Assembly: GCA_036505795.1 (NCBI GenBank)
Contig: DASXSU010000031.1
Location: 3,256-67,255 of the forward strand
Length of the DNA stretch: 64,000 nt
Direction: 5' to 3'
Origin: Nitrospirales bacterium
GTDB taxonomy: Bacteria > Nitrospirota > Nitrospiria > Nitrospirales > NS-4
The number at the start of each line of letters is the position of its first letter. Positions within the stretch are counted from its first letter, which is position 1. A program made the translations under genes and the position numbers. Below, one piece after another: positions 9,270 to 19,051 of the stretch. The notes beneath the pieces are model-generated. The model saw only the letters and a program-made list of their open reading frames with translations, was not told where the DNA came from and made no database searches.

Positions 9270-10064
9270 TTATCCCCGTTCGACCAGCGCGTGCCCGTAT
9301 CGAAGCTGTTCGTACCGCTCGATCATGGCGTCCTGAAAGTCTGTCCACCGGCGCTGGAACCAGTTGCCCCGGACGGTGCGACCCCATTTTTTTTGAAAGT
9401 ACTCCGAATTTTTTGCCGGATAGCTCTTGGTCTCGAGTCGCTTGATGGCTTTCTGCGTGACCATACCAAAATGATGGATAAAGGCTGACCCCGTCACGGC
9501 TGCGCTAAAGCCGGCCTTCTGGGAGCGCCACAGAAAATCGATGTCTTCGCAACCTCCATACACAAACTCTTCGTCGAAGAGTCCGATGCGATCAAACACC
9601 TCGCGTCGGATGAACATACAGGGTCCACGCAGTCCTCGACGAGTGGCGGCCCGGCACGCAGTCGTGAACTCCGCCGCGTAACGGTCCAGTTCATAATCTA
9701 GGGGCCCTTCACGCATGGCTGGGCTCACAATACCACATCCCTTTTCCTCCATGAAACTTAGGAGGGCCGGCAACCATCCCGGCGTCAGAACGATGTCGTT
9801 GCTTAAAATGCCGATCACGTCGCCGCGACTGGCGCGAATGCCCTGATTCCATCCCTTAGCGCATCCGAGATTCGTCACATTGGTAATGACCCGTATGTCC
9901 GTGCCCTTGAGATATTCTGACGTGCCGTCGGTGGACCCATTATCTACAATAATGAGTTCTCCGGCCTTGTCCGGCAACCGTTGGATGGACTCCACGCACT
10001 GCATCGTATGCATGAGCTGGTTGTAGACCGGGATGACGAGGCTGACGCGGTCGAAGGTGATCAC
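9270..10064 (-). CDS. glycosyltransferase family 2
   Basis: [10 protein letters not shown]...[11 protein letters not shown]...GCAKGWNQG...ILSNDIV. Confidence 0.8.
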   Translation of the reverse strand: MITFDRVSLVIPVYNQLMHTMQCVESIQRLPDKAGELIIVDNGSTDGTSEYLKGTDIRVITNVTNLGCAKGWNQGIRASRGDVIGILSNDIVLTPGWLPALLSFMEEKGCGIVSPAMREGPLDYELDRYAAEFTTACRAATRRGLRGPCMFIRREVFDRIGLFDEEFVYGGCEDIDFLWRSQKAGFSAAVTGSAFIHHFGMVTQKAIKRLETKSYPAKNSEYFQKKWGRTVRGNWFQRRWTDFQDAMIERYEQLRYGHALVERG

Positions 10065-11200
10065 ACGAAAACCCTTTCGATCCTCGGATGAGGACGCTGC
10101 AAGGCGAAGTCGTAGGCCGCCTTGAGTTGCTGAATCATGCTGCTATGGGAGAAGAGTGAGCCGACACGCGCGCGACCTGCTTTTCCCATTGCGCCAGCAC
10201 GGGCCGGGTCTCTCAGCAGCGCGATCACAGCCTCAGCCAGGGCGGGCGCGTCACCGGAAGGGACCAGTAGTCCTGTTTCACCGTTGTTCACGATCTCCGG
10301 AAGGCCTCCCGTGAGCGTCGCAACCACCGGCCTTTCCATGGCCATGGCCTCGAGGACGGCAATTCCAAACCCTTCCATCAAAGCCGGATGTACATAAACG
10401 GTAAATGCGGCAAGAAAGTCATCGACCGCCGCCTGGAACCCGGCAAAATGCACGCGGTCTTCGAGGCCGAGGGCGGCGACTCGAGCCCGTAACTTGCGTT
10501 CGTGGTCTGCCTCCCCCGTTCCGATCACGAGATAATGTGCGGCCGGAAAGGCGCTGAGGATACTCGGCAGAGCTGTCAACATGACCTCGTATCCCTTGCG
10601 TGAAAAGAGGCTACCAACCGTCCCCAGAAGCGGAGCGTCGGCAGGGATGCCAAACCTCGCCCGAACCGCAAGGGTTGTGGATTCGGCAGCAGCACGTCGA
10701 AGCTCCAAACCGCTGTACACGGTCTTCACCCGCTCAACCGAGATTCCCCCGCTGATCAAGGCATCTTGAATTCGACGGGACACCGCGAGTAAGAGATTCG
10801 CCTTGTCCAAATCATACTGCCGGACTTTCGAAGGCTCGATCTCCTGCCGGACATGCGCGATAACAGGAAGGCCGGTATCGGCAGCCGCCCCGAACGTTTG
10901 AGGCATCCACCAGATGTCATTGACATGCAGGAGAATCGGCTGCACCTCGCGAATGACTTTGCGTAGCTGGCGCACTGAGTACGTCCGCTGTACGTAGCCC
11001 AGGAATTTGCGCCAGGGCGGCAGGACGACGGTATGATGTTCGATCTTCCTGCCATCAAGTTCTCGCACAAAGGGCCCTTCTGCCGGACAGGCGACGACCG
11101 GGTGATATCCCAGGGTCGGAAGATCGTCCAGGATTCGCAGCAACTCCCGCTCGGCACCGCCGATTTCGGTCACCCCATGGATGATTAAGAGCTTAATCAC
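10061..11200 (-). CDS. glycosyltransferase family 4 (GT-B)
   Basis: C-terminal EGFGIAVLEAMAMERPVVATLTGGLPEIV (EX7E) motif; 379 aa. Confidence 0.8.
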   Translation of the reverse strand: MIKLLIIHGVTEIGGAERELLRILDDLPTLGYHPVVACPAEGPFVRELDGRKIEHHTVVLPPWRKFLGYVQRTYSVRQLRKVIREVQPILLHVNDIWWMPQTFGAAADTGLPVIAHVRQEIEPSKVRQYDLDKANLLLAVSRRIQDALISGGISVERVKTVYSGLELRRAAAESTTLAVRARFGIPADAPLLGTVGSLFSRKGYEVMLTALPSILSAFPAAHYLVIGTGEADHERKLRARVAALGLEDRVHFAGFQAAVDDFLAAFTVYVHPALMEGFGIAVLEAMAMERPVVATLTGGLPEIVNNGETGLLVPSGDAPALAEAVIALLRDPARAGAMGKAGRARVGSLFSHSSMIQQLKAAYDFALQRPHPRIERVFV

Positions 11201-11208
11201 TCGATGGC

Positions 11209-11973
11209 TTAATTGACAAGTGAATCATTCGGCTTCCTAATGGCTCCTACACGATAATTAAACAGGACCGCCGCACAGTCTTGTTCTCTCGCAAAATCCG
11301 TAAAGGCGCTATTCCAATCGGTGTCATCTGACAACAGCAGCCCTCCGGGGCGAAGATACGGCCAGGCAGCCTTGTATTCTAGGAGCATATGATCGTACGT
11401 ATGCAAGCTGTCATGAATGAAGATGTCGATCCTTTTCAGTTTCCGCAAAAGTTCAGGAAGCAACTCTTTGGCATCTCCAAGATGCAGGTGCCAGCGGGCT
11501 CTGAGACTATTCGGAACGAGCCACCCTGTTTGTCTCTCTCGAGCCATCACATCTTTCTGGCGGGCCCCATTGCCCAAATCCACATCTTGGTTGGGAAGAT
11601 CAATAGAATGAAGTACGCCATGACCATTTCGCTGCATCGCGAGCAATATGAATCGTGACGACAGGCCGTCGCAGACGCCGGTTTCAAGGATGACATCGGG
11701 ATTCATAAGGCGCACAAGGCCGTAGTACACGATGGGGTGCATCGGCATGCCCGACAACCCATCGAGTTCTTGAAACAGTGCCTCCTCGCACTCGAGCTCA
11801 TATAACACCGCTTCTACGCGCTCCTTGTCTGCGCCGGTGAGTTCCGCAATTTTCTCAAATCGGCCGATGTAATCAATCCAATGTTGCCTCAGACAGGTGA
11901 ATTTCTTCGGGTGACGATAGATAAAGCGCAGCGCAAACGGCAGAAATGAGCGCAGGATGAGAGCGGGTCTCAT
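11209..11973 (-). CDS. class I SAM-dependent methyltransferase (Methyltransf_24/CmcI-like)
   Basis: VILETGVCDGLSS...IDIFIHDSLHTYDH...LRPGGLLLSDD. Confidence 0.6.
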   Translation of the reverse strand: MRPALILRSFLPFALRFIYRHPKKFTCLRQHWIDYIGRFEKIAELTGADKERVEAVLYELECEEALFQELDGLSGMPMHPIVYYGLVRLMNPDVILETGVCDGLSSRFILLAMQRNGHGVLHSIDLPNQDVDLGNGARQKDVMARERQTGWLVPNSLRARWHLHLGDAKELLPELLRKLKRIDIFIHDSLHTYDHMLLEYKAAWPYLRPGGLLLSDDTDWNSAFTDFAREQDCAAVLFNYRVGAIRKPNDSLVN

Positions 11974-12998
11974 ACTGTTTTCAGTTCCTCTCTGACGGTC
12001 TGCCAGACTTCATCCAGGCTAATCAATCGCATGCAATTTTCGTCCCCTCTCAGGCAATCGGGATGAAAACAGCTGCGGCAGTCAATCTGTTTGTACAAAG
12101 TCCGGTGCCCCATCCCCCATGGGCCCCAGATGGCCGGATTGGAAGGACCGAAGAGGCCGACCACCCTGGTCCCGACGGCGGCGGCCATATGCATCGGCCC
12201 ATTGTCATTGGTGATCATCAGTGCGGCGCGCTCCAACACTGCTGCAAGCTCCTGCAGCCTCGTCTTGCCAGCGAGACTCCGGCACGGACTTGTCATCGAC
12301 CGCGCAATTTCCTCTATGACCTGCCGATCCTGCTCGCTCCCCAAGAACAACGCCTGCATTCCGCTCTGGGTTTGAATACGGTCAGCGAGGGCAGCAAACC
12401 GCTGTGCGGGCCATGCTTTGAACCACCACCGCGCCCCGGGGTGAAGACAAACAAATGCTCTCTCCGGCTCGACCTGCACTTCCTGGAGCAAACGTTGCGC
12501 AGCCTGTCGGGCATCACGGGTGACCGTAATGTGCAGAGCCGGCATACCACCAGCGAGTCCAAGAGCTGCAACCGCCGCCAGATGATAGTGAGTGGTGTGC
12601 ATCATGAATCGGTCGGCCTGTACGATGTGAGTATAGAGGCGTCCTCGCCATCGATCCTCGCTGTTGTAGCCCACACGGGCCGGCGCACCGGAAAGCCAAC
12701 TAAGGATCGCGGAACGGTCGCCGTCAGTGAGGTCCACGACCACATCAAATTGTCGCCGACGAAGGTGTGCCACCATCCGCCACTGCCGATACATCATTGT
12801 CCGGTCGACCACCAACAGCTCATCAAGCGCCGGATGACCCTGGACCACGTCCTCAGTTCCCGCGTTTACCAGCATCGTGATCCGCGCTTTGGGAAAGCCT
12901 TCCCGCAAACGACTCAGCACGGGCGTCGACAGGACGACATCGCCGATATAGCGGAGCTTGATGACGAGGATGCTCCGGGGATGTTCAATGTGCATCAT
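11970..12998 (-). CDS. glycosyltransferase family 9 (heptosyltransferase-like)
   Basis: From ATG 12998 (ATGA overlap with upstream stop): SILVIKLRYIGDVVLSTPVL...MITNDNGPMHMAAAVG. The Arg-rich 87-aa N-terminal extension of the tracked ORF is rejected. Confidence 0.8.
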   Translation of the reverse strand: MMHIEHPRSILVIKLRYIGDVVLSTPVLSRLREGFPKARITMLVNAGTEDVVQGHPALDELLVVDRTMMYRQWRMVAHLRRRQFDVVVDLTDGDRSAILSWLSGAPARVGYNSEDRWRGRLYTHIVQADRFMMHTTHYHLAAVAALGLAGGMPALHITVTRDARQAAQRLLQEVQVEPERAFVCLHPGARWWFKAWPAQRFAALADRIQTQSGMQALFLGSEQDRQVIEEIARSMTSPCRSLAGKTRLQELAAVLERAALMITNDNGPMHMAAAVGTRVVGLFGPSNPAIWGPWGMGHRTLYKQIDCRSCFHPDCLRGDENCMRLISLDEVWQTVREELKTV

Positions 12999-14122
12999 GT
13001 GTGGACAAGGCGGGACTCGGCCTCCGTCGCGAGATCGGCATATACGGCTAAAAGCTCGCGCGCCGAGCGGTCCCACCCGAAACTCTTCGCGCGGATCGGC
13101 CCTCGACGATGAAGCTCTTCGCGGACATCCGCGCTTGAAAGAACTTTTGCAATGGCGTTTGCAATCGCCTCCACGCTGGTTGGGTCCACAAGGATCGCCG
13201 CATCGCCTGCCACCTCCGGCAGCGCCGAGGTGTTCGAACAGATCACCGGCGCGCCGCATGCCATCGCCTCGAGCACCGGCATTCCGAATCCCTCATAGAG
13301 GGATGGGAAGACAAAGGCGGAGCAGGACGAGTAAAGGGCCCGCAGATCCTCTGTCGGCACATGACCGGGGAACAGGACGGCCGATTGCAGCTTGGTTTGA
13401 TGGACCGTTTTGTGCAGCAAGCCGCTTCCGCGATCCACTCCTCCCACCACGACCAAGTGAAATCCGTCACGAAGTCCTGGAACTCGGCCAAACGCTTCAA
13501 GGACCCGCACAATGTTTTTGCGCGGCTCGGCGCCGCCGGTGGCAAGAATAAATTGCTCCCGCACAATACCGCAGCGGGCCTTCACCGAGTCAATTACAAA
13601 TTTATCTCCGATGGGATAGAAGTCTGCACCCGCTCCATTGCTGACAACGGCGATCCGATGGCGCGGAACACCGTATAACTCCGCGATATCAGAAGCCGTA
13701 TGCTGAGAGACGGCGATCACCCGTGAGGCTCGAAGCGCTGTTCGTCGGCCTCGGCGAAAAGAGGACTGCTGACCGAAGAGCTTGCGTGACGGCTGAGGGA
13801 TTCGATCCAGCGCCAAGTCATGAATTGTGACCACCCCACCATAACGTCCCCATCCTCGAAGCTTGTAATTCATCCCATGAAAGATGTCCACGCGGTCCCA
13901 GCGTGCCCGGCTTCCCATGAGCCATGCGGGGCAACGAACGAGTTTTGCATTGGAAAACTTGTCCAACGCGGCGACATCAGCATCCGGAAGAGGATGTGGG
14001 GTATACAGATAATACTGATGCTCGGGAGATATCGCGATCAGGGCCCTGACAAGTTGTTCCACATAGGTCCCGACGCCGGCCCGCGTTCCCACAAGAGGGC
14101 TGACGTCCAGTGCAAGTCGCAT
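12995..14122 (-). CDS. glycosyltransferase family 4 (GT-B)
   Basis: [33 protein letters not shown] motif; 375 aa. Confidence 0.8.
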   Translation of the reverse strand: MRLALDVSPLVGTRAGVGTYVEQLVRALIAISPEHQYYLYTPHPLPDADVAALDKFSNAKLVRCPAWLMGSRARWDRVDIFHGMNYKLRGWGRYGGVVTIHDLALDRIPQPSRKLFGQQSSFRRGRRTALRASRVIAVSQHTASDIAELYGVPRHRIAVVSNGAGADFYPIGDKFVIDSVKARCGIVREQFILATGGAEPRKNIVRVLEAFGRVPGLRDGFHLVVVGGVDRGSGLLHKTVHQTKLQSAVLFPGHVPTEDLRALYSSCSAFVFPSLYEGFGMPVLEAMACGAPVICSNTSALPEVAGDAAILVDPTSVEAIANAIAKVLSSADVREELHRRGPIRAKSFGWDRSARELLAVYADLATEAESRLVHT

Positions 14123-14149
14123 TGCCTCACCTCGTTGAGCCCCATGATG

Positions 14150-15661
14150 TCACGTCACCCGCGTGCCGCTGCCGGCGCCGGTCGACGATGTCCGCTTTAG
14201 AATGTTGCCTGGCATCTGTCCTTGACCCATCGAGTGCTCATAGCGAACGGCCGGGGCCGCGGTATTATAGGCAATTCCGAGCGCGCCGCGGACAGTTGCC
14301 TCCAACCAGTCCCGCAGCCGTACCAGTTCCTCGGCGCTCAGGTAATCTGTGTAGACGTACGACGTATACTCGCCGGGAATGCCCTTGTAATATTCCGCCA
14401 CTTCGCGGTAATCCACTTCCAAACTGTGCAACTGGTCTCCACTTTTCGGATAGGTGTAGGTCCAAACTCCGGGTTTGGTCTCTACCGCCTCGTCGAAGTA
14501 GGGCGTTCCGGGATAGGTCGTAATCACGCTCGTATCGAAGTCATCGGGTTTCACTTCGAGCAACCAGTCGGCCGTCGCGCGAATCGTCTCTTCCGATTCA
14601 CCGGGGTGTCCGACCGACATTAACGCCTTCACCTTGAGATGGTGCCGCCTGGCGATGTCCATGCAGCGCGTATTGTCGGCCCGAGATGATTTTTTCTGAA
14701 TATTCGTGAGAATACGCTCGTGCCCGGATTCAAAGCCTACCAGAATCCAGCGAAACCCCGCCCGGTACATCGCCGCCGCCTGCTGATCGGTAAACAGCTC
14801 GGCCTTGATGAAGCCGCGGAGTCGAAACTCTACGCCCAGCTTCTCTTGCGCCGCGGCGATCAGGTCCATCAACTCGATGATCTTTGGATTGACGTTGAGT
14901 TCGTCGTCGTAGAGCATAAATCCGGTCATGCCATAGGTCTCGTACAGCTGGACCATCTCGCGGACAATGTTCTCCGACGTCCGCATCCGGATGCGGCGAA
15001 GAAATGGACTCATCCGACCGCCGCAGAATCCGCAGCCGAAGGGACAGCCAAGCTGCGCGATCATCGACAGGGCGCGCACCCCATCGATGCTATAGTGATA
15101 GCTATCCACATCGATCAGATGCCGGGCGGGAAAGGGTAGCTCCGTGAGCTTCTTATTGGTCAGGAAGTAGTCGGACTTGGGATCATCCCCATCCACCAAC
15201 TTGGGCGCGGTGGGCTCCAATGCCTCGAACACTGCCAACTCTCCGTCTCCCACCACCATCACATCAAACATGCCCTCCAGCACTCGGTAGGCGGTGGTCG
15301 CACGGCCATCGTGCCCGCGTTTCTGCTCGTATTTATACGCCGCATGAATCAAGGTCACATGGGGACCGCCCAAAATGATGCGCGCCTCCGGCCGGGTGGC
15401 GCGTATCATCCGATAGATCTTTGTCGCGGCGGGCATCTGCGGAGTCGTCGCCGTCAACCCATAGCAGGGGGTGGGCCGAGCGCTCGCATAATCCCGCACC
15501 ACCTCCTCATAGTTTTCGACTCCGGAAAGATCCAGCATCTCGACCTCAATGCCTGCCTGCTCCAAGACTGCAGCGACCTTCAAGATGCCCAAGGTCATGA
15601 ACACGCGTTCGTCCAGAAGGAAGATCGACGGCGGGGTGATCAGACAGATCCGTTTGATCAT
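14150..15661 (-). CDS. B12-binding-domain radical SAM protein
   Basis: N-terminal cobalamin-binding-like Rossmann domain (ICLITPPS...LGILKVAAVLEQAGIEVEMLDL) and CPFGCGFC (CxxxCxxC) cluster motif. Start placed at ATG 15661 (ATGA overlap). Confidence 0.75.
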   Translation of the reverse strand: MIKRICLITPPSIFLLDERVFMTLGILKVAAVLEQAGIEVEMLDLSGVENYEEVVRDYASARPTPCYGLTATTPQMPAATKIYRMIRATRPEARIILGGPHVTLIHAAYKYEQKRGHDGRATTAYRVLEGMFDVMVVGDGELAVFEALEPTAPKLVDGDDPKSDYFLTNKKLTELPFPARHLIDVDSYHYSIDGVRALSMIAQLGCPFGCGFCGGRMSPFLRRIRMRTSENIVREMVQLYETYGMTGFMLYDDELNVNPKIIELMDLIAAAQEKLGVEFRLRGFIKAELFTDQQAAAMYRAGFRWILVGFESGHERILTNIQKKSSRADNTRCMDIARRHHLKVKALMSVGHPGESEETIRATADWLLEVKPDDFDTSVITTYPGTPYFDEAVETKPGVWTYTYPKSGDQLHSLEVDYREVAEYYKGIPGEYTSYVYTDYLSAEELVRLRDWLEATVRGALGIAYNTAAPAVRYEHSMGQGQMPGNILKRTSSTGAGSGTRVT

Positions 15662-16749
15662 ATCATCCTCGCGCACACATTCAGAAAATACTCGGCGCGC
15701 CGTTCGCAGGTATGATACTTCAACAAGTGCGCCCGCCCTTCGTTCGTAATGAGTTCGCGTTCCTCGTTCTCCTTCAGATAATACCGGACCAACGTCTCGA
15801 GATCACGCAGGTCAGGGCGACAGAAGACTGCGTGCTGCCTGTCTACAAAATCGTGTGGGATGAGGGTCTCGGGCGCGTCCGACAGGAGCATCGCACCCAT
15901 CCCGACGATCTCGAAGTATCGCAGCGAGGCGGTATGTCCACCCCCACGCACGTGCAGCGCGATCTTGGAGGCTGCGAGCTCACGGTAATAGGCCGTCGGT
16001 TCTTCCTTCTGCTGCTGATCGGCCCTAGGAGCCGGGCCATCGTCGAAAACCTTGGTCCATGCTCGCCGAGATCGGCCGGCCTTCAATTTATACTTGCGGT
16101 CGCCGGGGCTGGCGTACACGGCGCCGGAGAATCGAACCCCCTCCAACCGAGAGAGTATCGAGACCGCCTTTGTCCGACGCGGATGTGAGGCACGCCCTCG
16201 ATATGAGACATCGATGTCCTTCCTGACGGAATCCACGGCCGGCAGTGTCTCCATCACCAGCGACAACGGCAGGGGAACGGTGCGAGCGAACAGACCTCGA
16301 TCCCCGCGGAAGGTCCATAGCAGCGCCATTTGATCCTTCCAAGGGCTGCGGATCTTCCAAATATAGTCACGCTTGAAGTAGATTCGCAGCGGATAGCGGG
16401 CCAGCAGGTCATGACGGATATGCTCGTCGTCACTGCCGTCAATAAAGACCATCGGCGGAAACGGCACCTTCCGGTAGAGCTCCGCGCATTCGTCAAAGCA
16501 TTCCTGACGAAACGACGCAAGGCAGACCAGGTCGAAATACTTGTCTCGCAAGCGGTCAACAATCTCTTCTCGTGTCCATGCCCGTCCAGGGGTTGGAACC
16601 AGACACCAGGGAACTCGCGCAGGGTCATGCAGGCTACCCTTATAGGGATAATCCACCACCGCACCGTCGCCCAGGATTCTGGAGAGACCCACGTAGAGGG
16701 GGTCGGACACATAATCCAAATGATCGCTCGCGAGAAACAAGATTCGCAT
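15658..16749 (-). CDS. putative glycosyltransferase (CgeB/Glyco_trans_1_2-like C-terminal domain)
   Basis: 363 aa. The C-terminal RYFEIVGMGAMLLSD...VRYYLKENEERELITNEGRAHLLKYHT resembles CgeB-family spore/EPS maturation transferases. Assignment is by eye only. Confidence 0.45.
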   Translation of the reverse strand: MRILFLASDHLDYVSDPLYVGLSRILGDGAVVDYPYKGSLHDPARVPWCLVPTPGRAWTREEIVDRLRDKYFDLVCLASFRQECFDECAELYRKVPFPPMVFIDGSDDEHIRHDLLARYPLRIYFKRDYIWKIRSPWKDQMALLWTFRGDRGLFARTVPLPLSLVMETLPAVDSVRKDIDVSYRGRASHPRRTKAVSILSRLEGVRFSGAVYASPGDRKYKLKAGRSRRAWTKVFDDGPAPRADQQQKEEPTAYYRELAASKIALHVRGGGHTASLRYFEIVGMGAMLLSDAPETLIPHDFVDRQHAVFCRPDLRDLETLVRYYLKENEERELITNEGRAHLLKYHTCERRAEYFLNVCARMI

Positions 16750-16785
16750 TGTGGAGGCGCTTTATCCCGGTTATTCCAGCCTGCA

Positions 16786-16791
16786 ATTATA
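16786..16791 (-). promoter_or_regulatory. isolated perfect -10 box (TATAAT) in the rfbH-like/cgeB-like gap
   Basis: Minus strand reads ...cctagaTATAATtgcagg..., about 40 nt upstream of ATG 16749. No convincing -35. Confidence 0.2.
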
Positions 16792-16839
16792 TCTAGGTTT
16801 GTCTCCACGGAGAATAGCAAATTGCGGAGCATCCGTGGG

Positions 16840-18147
16840 TTAGGGCAACTTTTCAATAAAATCGGTCATACGGGCCTTTACATACCCGATCTGCTCATCC
16901 GTGAGGTTCGGGGAGACGCCCAGGAAGAACGTAGACCGGGTCGCCGTCACAGCATTGGGATAGTCGTACGGATTCCCAAGATGGCTATAGGCCGGATGAA
17001 AAAGCAGGTTGCCGGCAAAGTAGTTTCGCGTCTGGATCTTCGCGCTCTCAAGGTATCTCGTGAGCTGGTCCTTCGTAAACCGGTCCGTGATCACCGTCAC
17101 AGGAAACCCGAACCACGAGACGTCGGCTTTGGGATGCACTTTCACAGTTCGAAATAGGTCCGGGTACTGACTGAAAAACGCTTGGTAGACCTCGAAATGC
17201 GCTTTTCGCTGTTTGTGAATGCGCTCGAGCTTCTGGAGCTGCACGAGGCCGATCGCCCCCTGCAAGTCCAGCGGCTTAAGATTGTAGCCCATTTCGGTGA
17301 AGACATACTTATGGTCAATGGTCAAGTCCGGGATTGCCGGCAACCAGGCATCGAAGCGATGGCCGCAGGTGCCATTTTCCAAAAGATTTGCTTTGCCCAC
17401 GCAATAACAGTCCCGCCCCCACCAGCAGAGGCTTCGCAGGATTTTTTCCAAGTCGGGGCTGGAAGTCGAGACCATGCCCCCCTCTGCCGTCGTAATGTGA
17501 TGGGCGGGATAAAACGAGCACGTGGACATGACTCCGAAGCCACCCAGCGGGGTGCCCGCCCAGCGTGAACCTAACGCGTCGCACGTATCCTCCAAGAACA
17601 GCAGATCATGCTGGTGACACATTTCCTTAACTCGATCCAAGTCCGGTGGGTTTCCCAGGACATGGGCGAACATCAGAGCTTTTACATTCGAGTCGAGTTT
17701 GGCCTCCACCTGGTCTAGATCTAGGTTCAACGTCGCCAGTTCAATGTCCACAAAGACAGGTCGGTACTCGTTTTGCAAAATCGGCGCAACCGTTGTTGGA
17801 AAGCCTGCCACGGGTGTGATGATCCCGATGTCATGAAGATCATAGGATCTCTTCGAGCGTAATGCCGCGACCATTAATAGGTTGGCTGAGCTACCGGAAT
17901 TGCACATTACAGAATGTACGTGGCCCACATGCTGGGAGAACGAGCGTTCGAAGTCCCGGACTTTTTCTCCGCTGGTCAGCCACTTACCTTCGAGCAGCGT
18001 ATGGATGGCTTCGGTAACCTCTTCTTCGTCCCATACCGGACCCCCGTACGGAATTGTCGTCTTTCCGGGAATGAACTCCGCGTTCAGCCCGTAGACGCTC
18101 GTGATGGGCCAGTACTTGCGAACGAGGTTAAGAATGTCCGGATTCAT
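16840..18147 (-). CDS. DegT/RfbH-family PLP/PMP enzyme, CDP-4-keto-6-deoxyglucose-3-dehydrase (E1)-like
   Basis: 435 aa: FIPGKTTIPYGGPVWDEEE, NSGSSANLL, and the Cys-rich WWGRDCYC...GTCGHRF segment typical of RfbH/E1, followed by HKYVFTEMGYNLKPLDLQGAIG. Confidence 0.7.
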   Translation of the reverse strand: MNPDILNLVRKYWPITSVYGLNAEFIPGKTTIPYGGPVWDEEEVTEAIHTLLEGKWLTSGEKVRDFERSFSQHVGHVHSVMCNSGSSANLLMVAALRSKRSYDLHDIGIITPVAGFPTTVAPILQNEYRPVFVDIELATLNLDLDQVEAKLDSNVKALMFAHVLGNPPDLDRVKEMCHQHDLLFLEDTCDALGSRWAGTPLGGFGVMSTCSFYPAHHITTAEGGMVSTSSPDLEKILRSLCWWGRDCYCVGKANLLENGTCGHRFDAWLPAIPDLTIDHKYVFTEMGYNLKPLDLQGAIGLVQLQKLERIHKQRKAHFEVYQAFFSQYPDLFRTVKVHPKADVSWFGFPVTVITDRFTKDQLTRYLESAKIQTRNYFAGNLLFHPAYSHLGNPYDYPNAVTATRSTFFLGVSPNLTDEQIGYVKARMTDFIEKLP

Positions 18148-19051
18148 AGCTCGCCACAGTCATTCGGAGGCCTTGTTCGATATCAGTCTTTGGCGCCCAG
18201 CCCAATGATCGGATCTTGCCCGTGTTTGCGGAAAAGTTACGAATGCCCACGACCTCATGGAAGCGCGGCGGCGGAATGGACCGAAGCTCGGAACGCTTTT
18301 CTGTAAGGCGATGCAAGCAGTCAATCATCTCCTTGAAGAGGAGCGGCGTTCCCGATCCCACCAGATAGAGCTCCCCTGCCGGCGCCCGCGCGGCAACCGT
18401 CATGAGCGCCTCGACCGCGTCTTCGATGTAAAGATAATCCCGGAAAAAGTCGCCGCCATCATACAGATCGATCGGCTCTCCATTATACGCCTTGCGAATC
18501 AGTGTATTGAGTGCCGCCTTCTTGGGGTTATCGAATGCCTCCCCGGGACCGTAGACGTTGGTCAGCCGGCATACATTGACATGAATGTCATAGAGGCGGC
18601 CATAAACTTTGCAGAATTGTTCGGCACAGAGCTTCGTGGCAGGGTAAAGCCCGAGTGGCTCGCAACGACTGTTTTCATCAACGGGGAGACTCAGGGCGTT
18701 GCCGTAGACAAAAAACGTGCTGACAAACACCAGCTTCGGCCTGGAGGCCTTACAGGCCTCCAGCAGGGCAATAGTGCCTTCGCAGTTGGTCCGCACATCT
18801 AAATATGGATCGGTCAGAATGTTGTAGTTGTCTACGGTGCTGGCGCAGTGGAAAATCAGCTCTATCCCCTCGCAATCTTTCGCGCTCATGCTCTCCACCG
18901 GCCCGGTGGAGAGGCGAACTTTCTCGGGGCGGGCAAGACGCGCATACCCTTTCTCAGATCGCGTGCGCACCGTCACGTTGTGTTCAAGACACAGCCGGTT
19001 TGCCAGCGCCGCGCCGATAAAACCCAGTCCGCCGGTTATAAGCACATTCAT
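18128..19051 (-). CDS. NAD(P)-dependent SDR epimerase/reductase (RfbS/RfbJ-size class)
   Basis: From ATG 19051 (ATGA overlap): MNVLITGGLGFIGAALANRL...YPATKLCAE (YxxxK). 307 aa, immediately downstream of the GT2 gene and upstream of the rfbH-like gene. Confidence 0.7.
   Translation of the reverse strand: MNVLITGGLGFIGAALANRLCLEHNVTVRTRSEKGYARLARPEKVRLSTGPVESMSAKDCEGIELIFHCASTVDNYNILTDPYLDVRTNCEGTIALLEACKASRPKLVFVSTFFVYGNALSLPVDENSRCEPLGLYPATKLCAEQFCKVYGRLYDIHVNVCRLTNVYGPGEAFDNPKKAALNTLIRKAYNGEPIDLYDGGDFFRDYLYIEDAVEALMTVAARAPAGELYLVGSGTPLLFKEMIDCLHRLTEKRSELRSIPPPRFHEVVGIRNFSANTGKIRSLGWAPKTDIEQGLRMTVASYESGHS

Noticed and set aside
9268-9387. N-terminal extensions of uxs (and likewise rfbB 22814-22903, lpxA 35696-35797, GT9 12999-13259, SDR 19052-19189)
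   Set aside because: The extensions are Arg/Gly-rich and overlap the upstream gene. Each is followed by an internal ATG that gives the canonical family N-terminus and an ATGA or near-abutting junction.
12063-13112. 349-aa plus-strand ORF
   Set aside because: It is antisense to the GT9 heptosyltransferase gene, whose product has clear family motifs. The antisense product is low-complexity.
16330-17157. 275-aa plus-strand ORF
   Set aside because: It is antisense to the cgeB-like and rfbH-like genes and spans their intergenic gap. No motifs.
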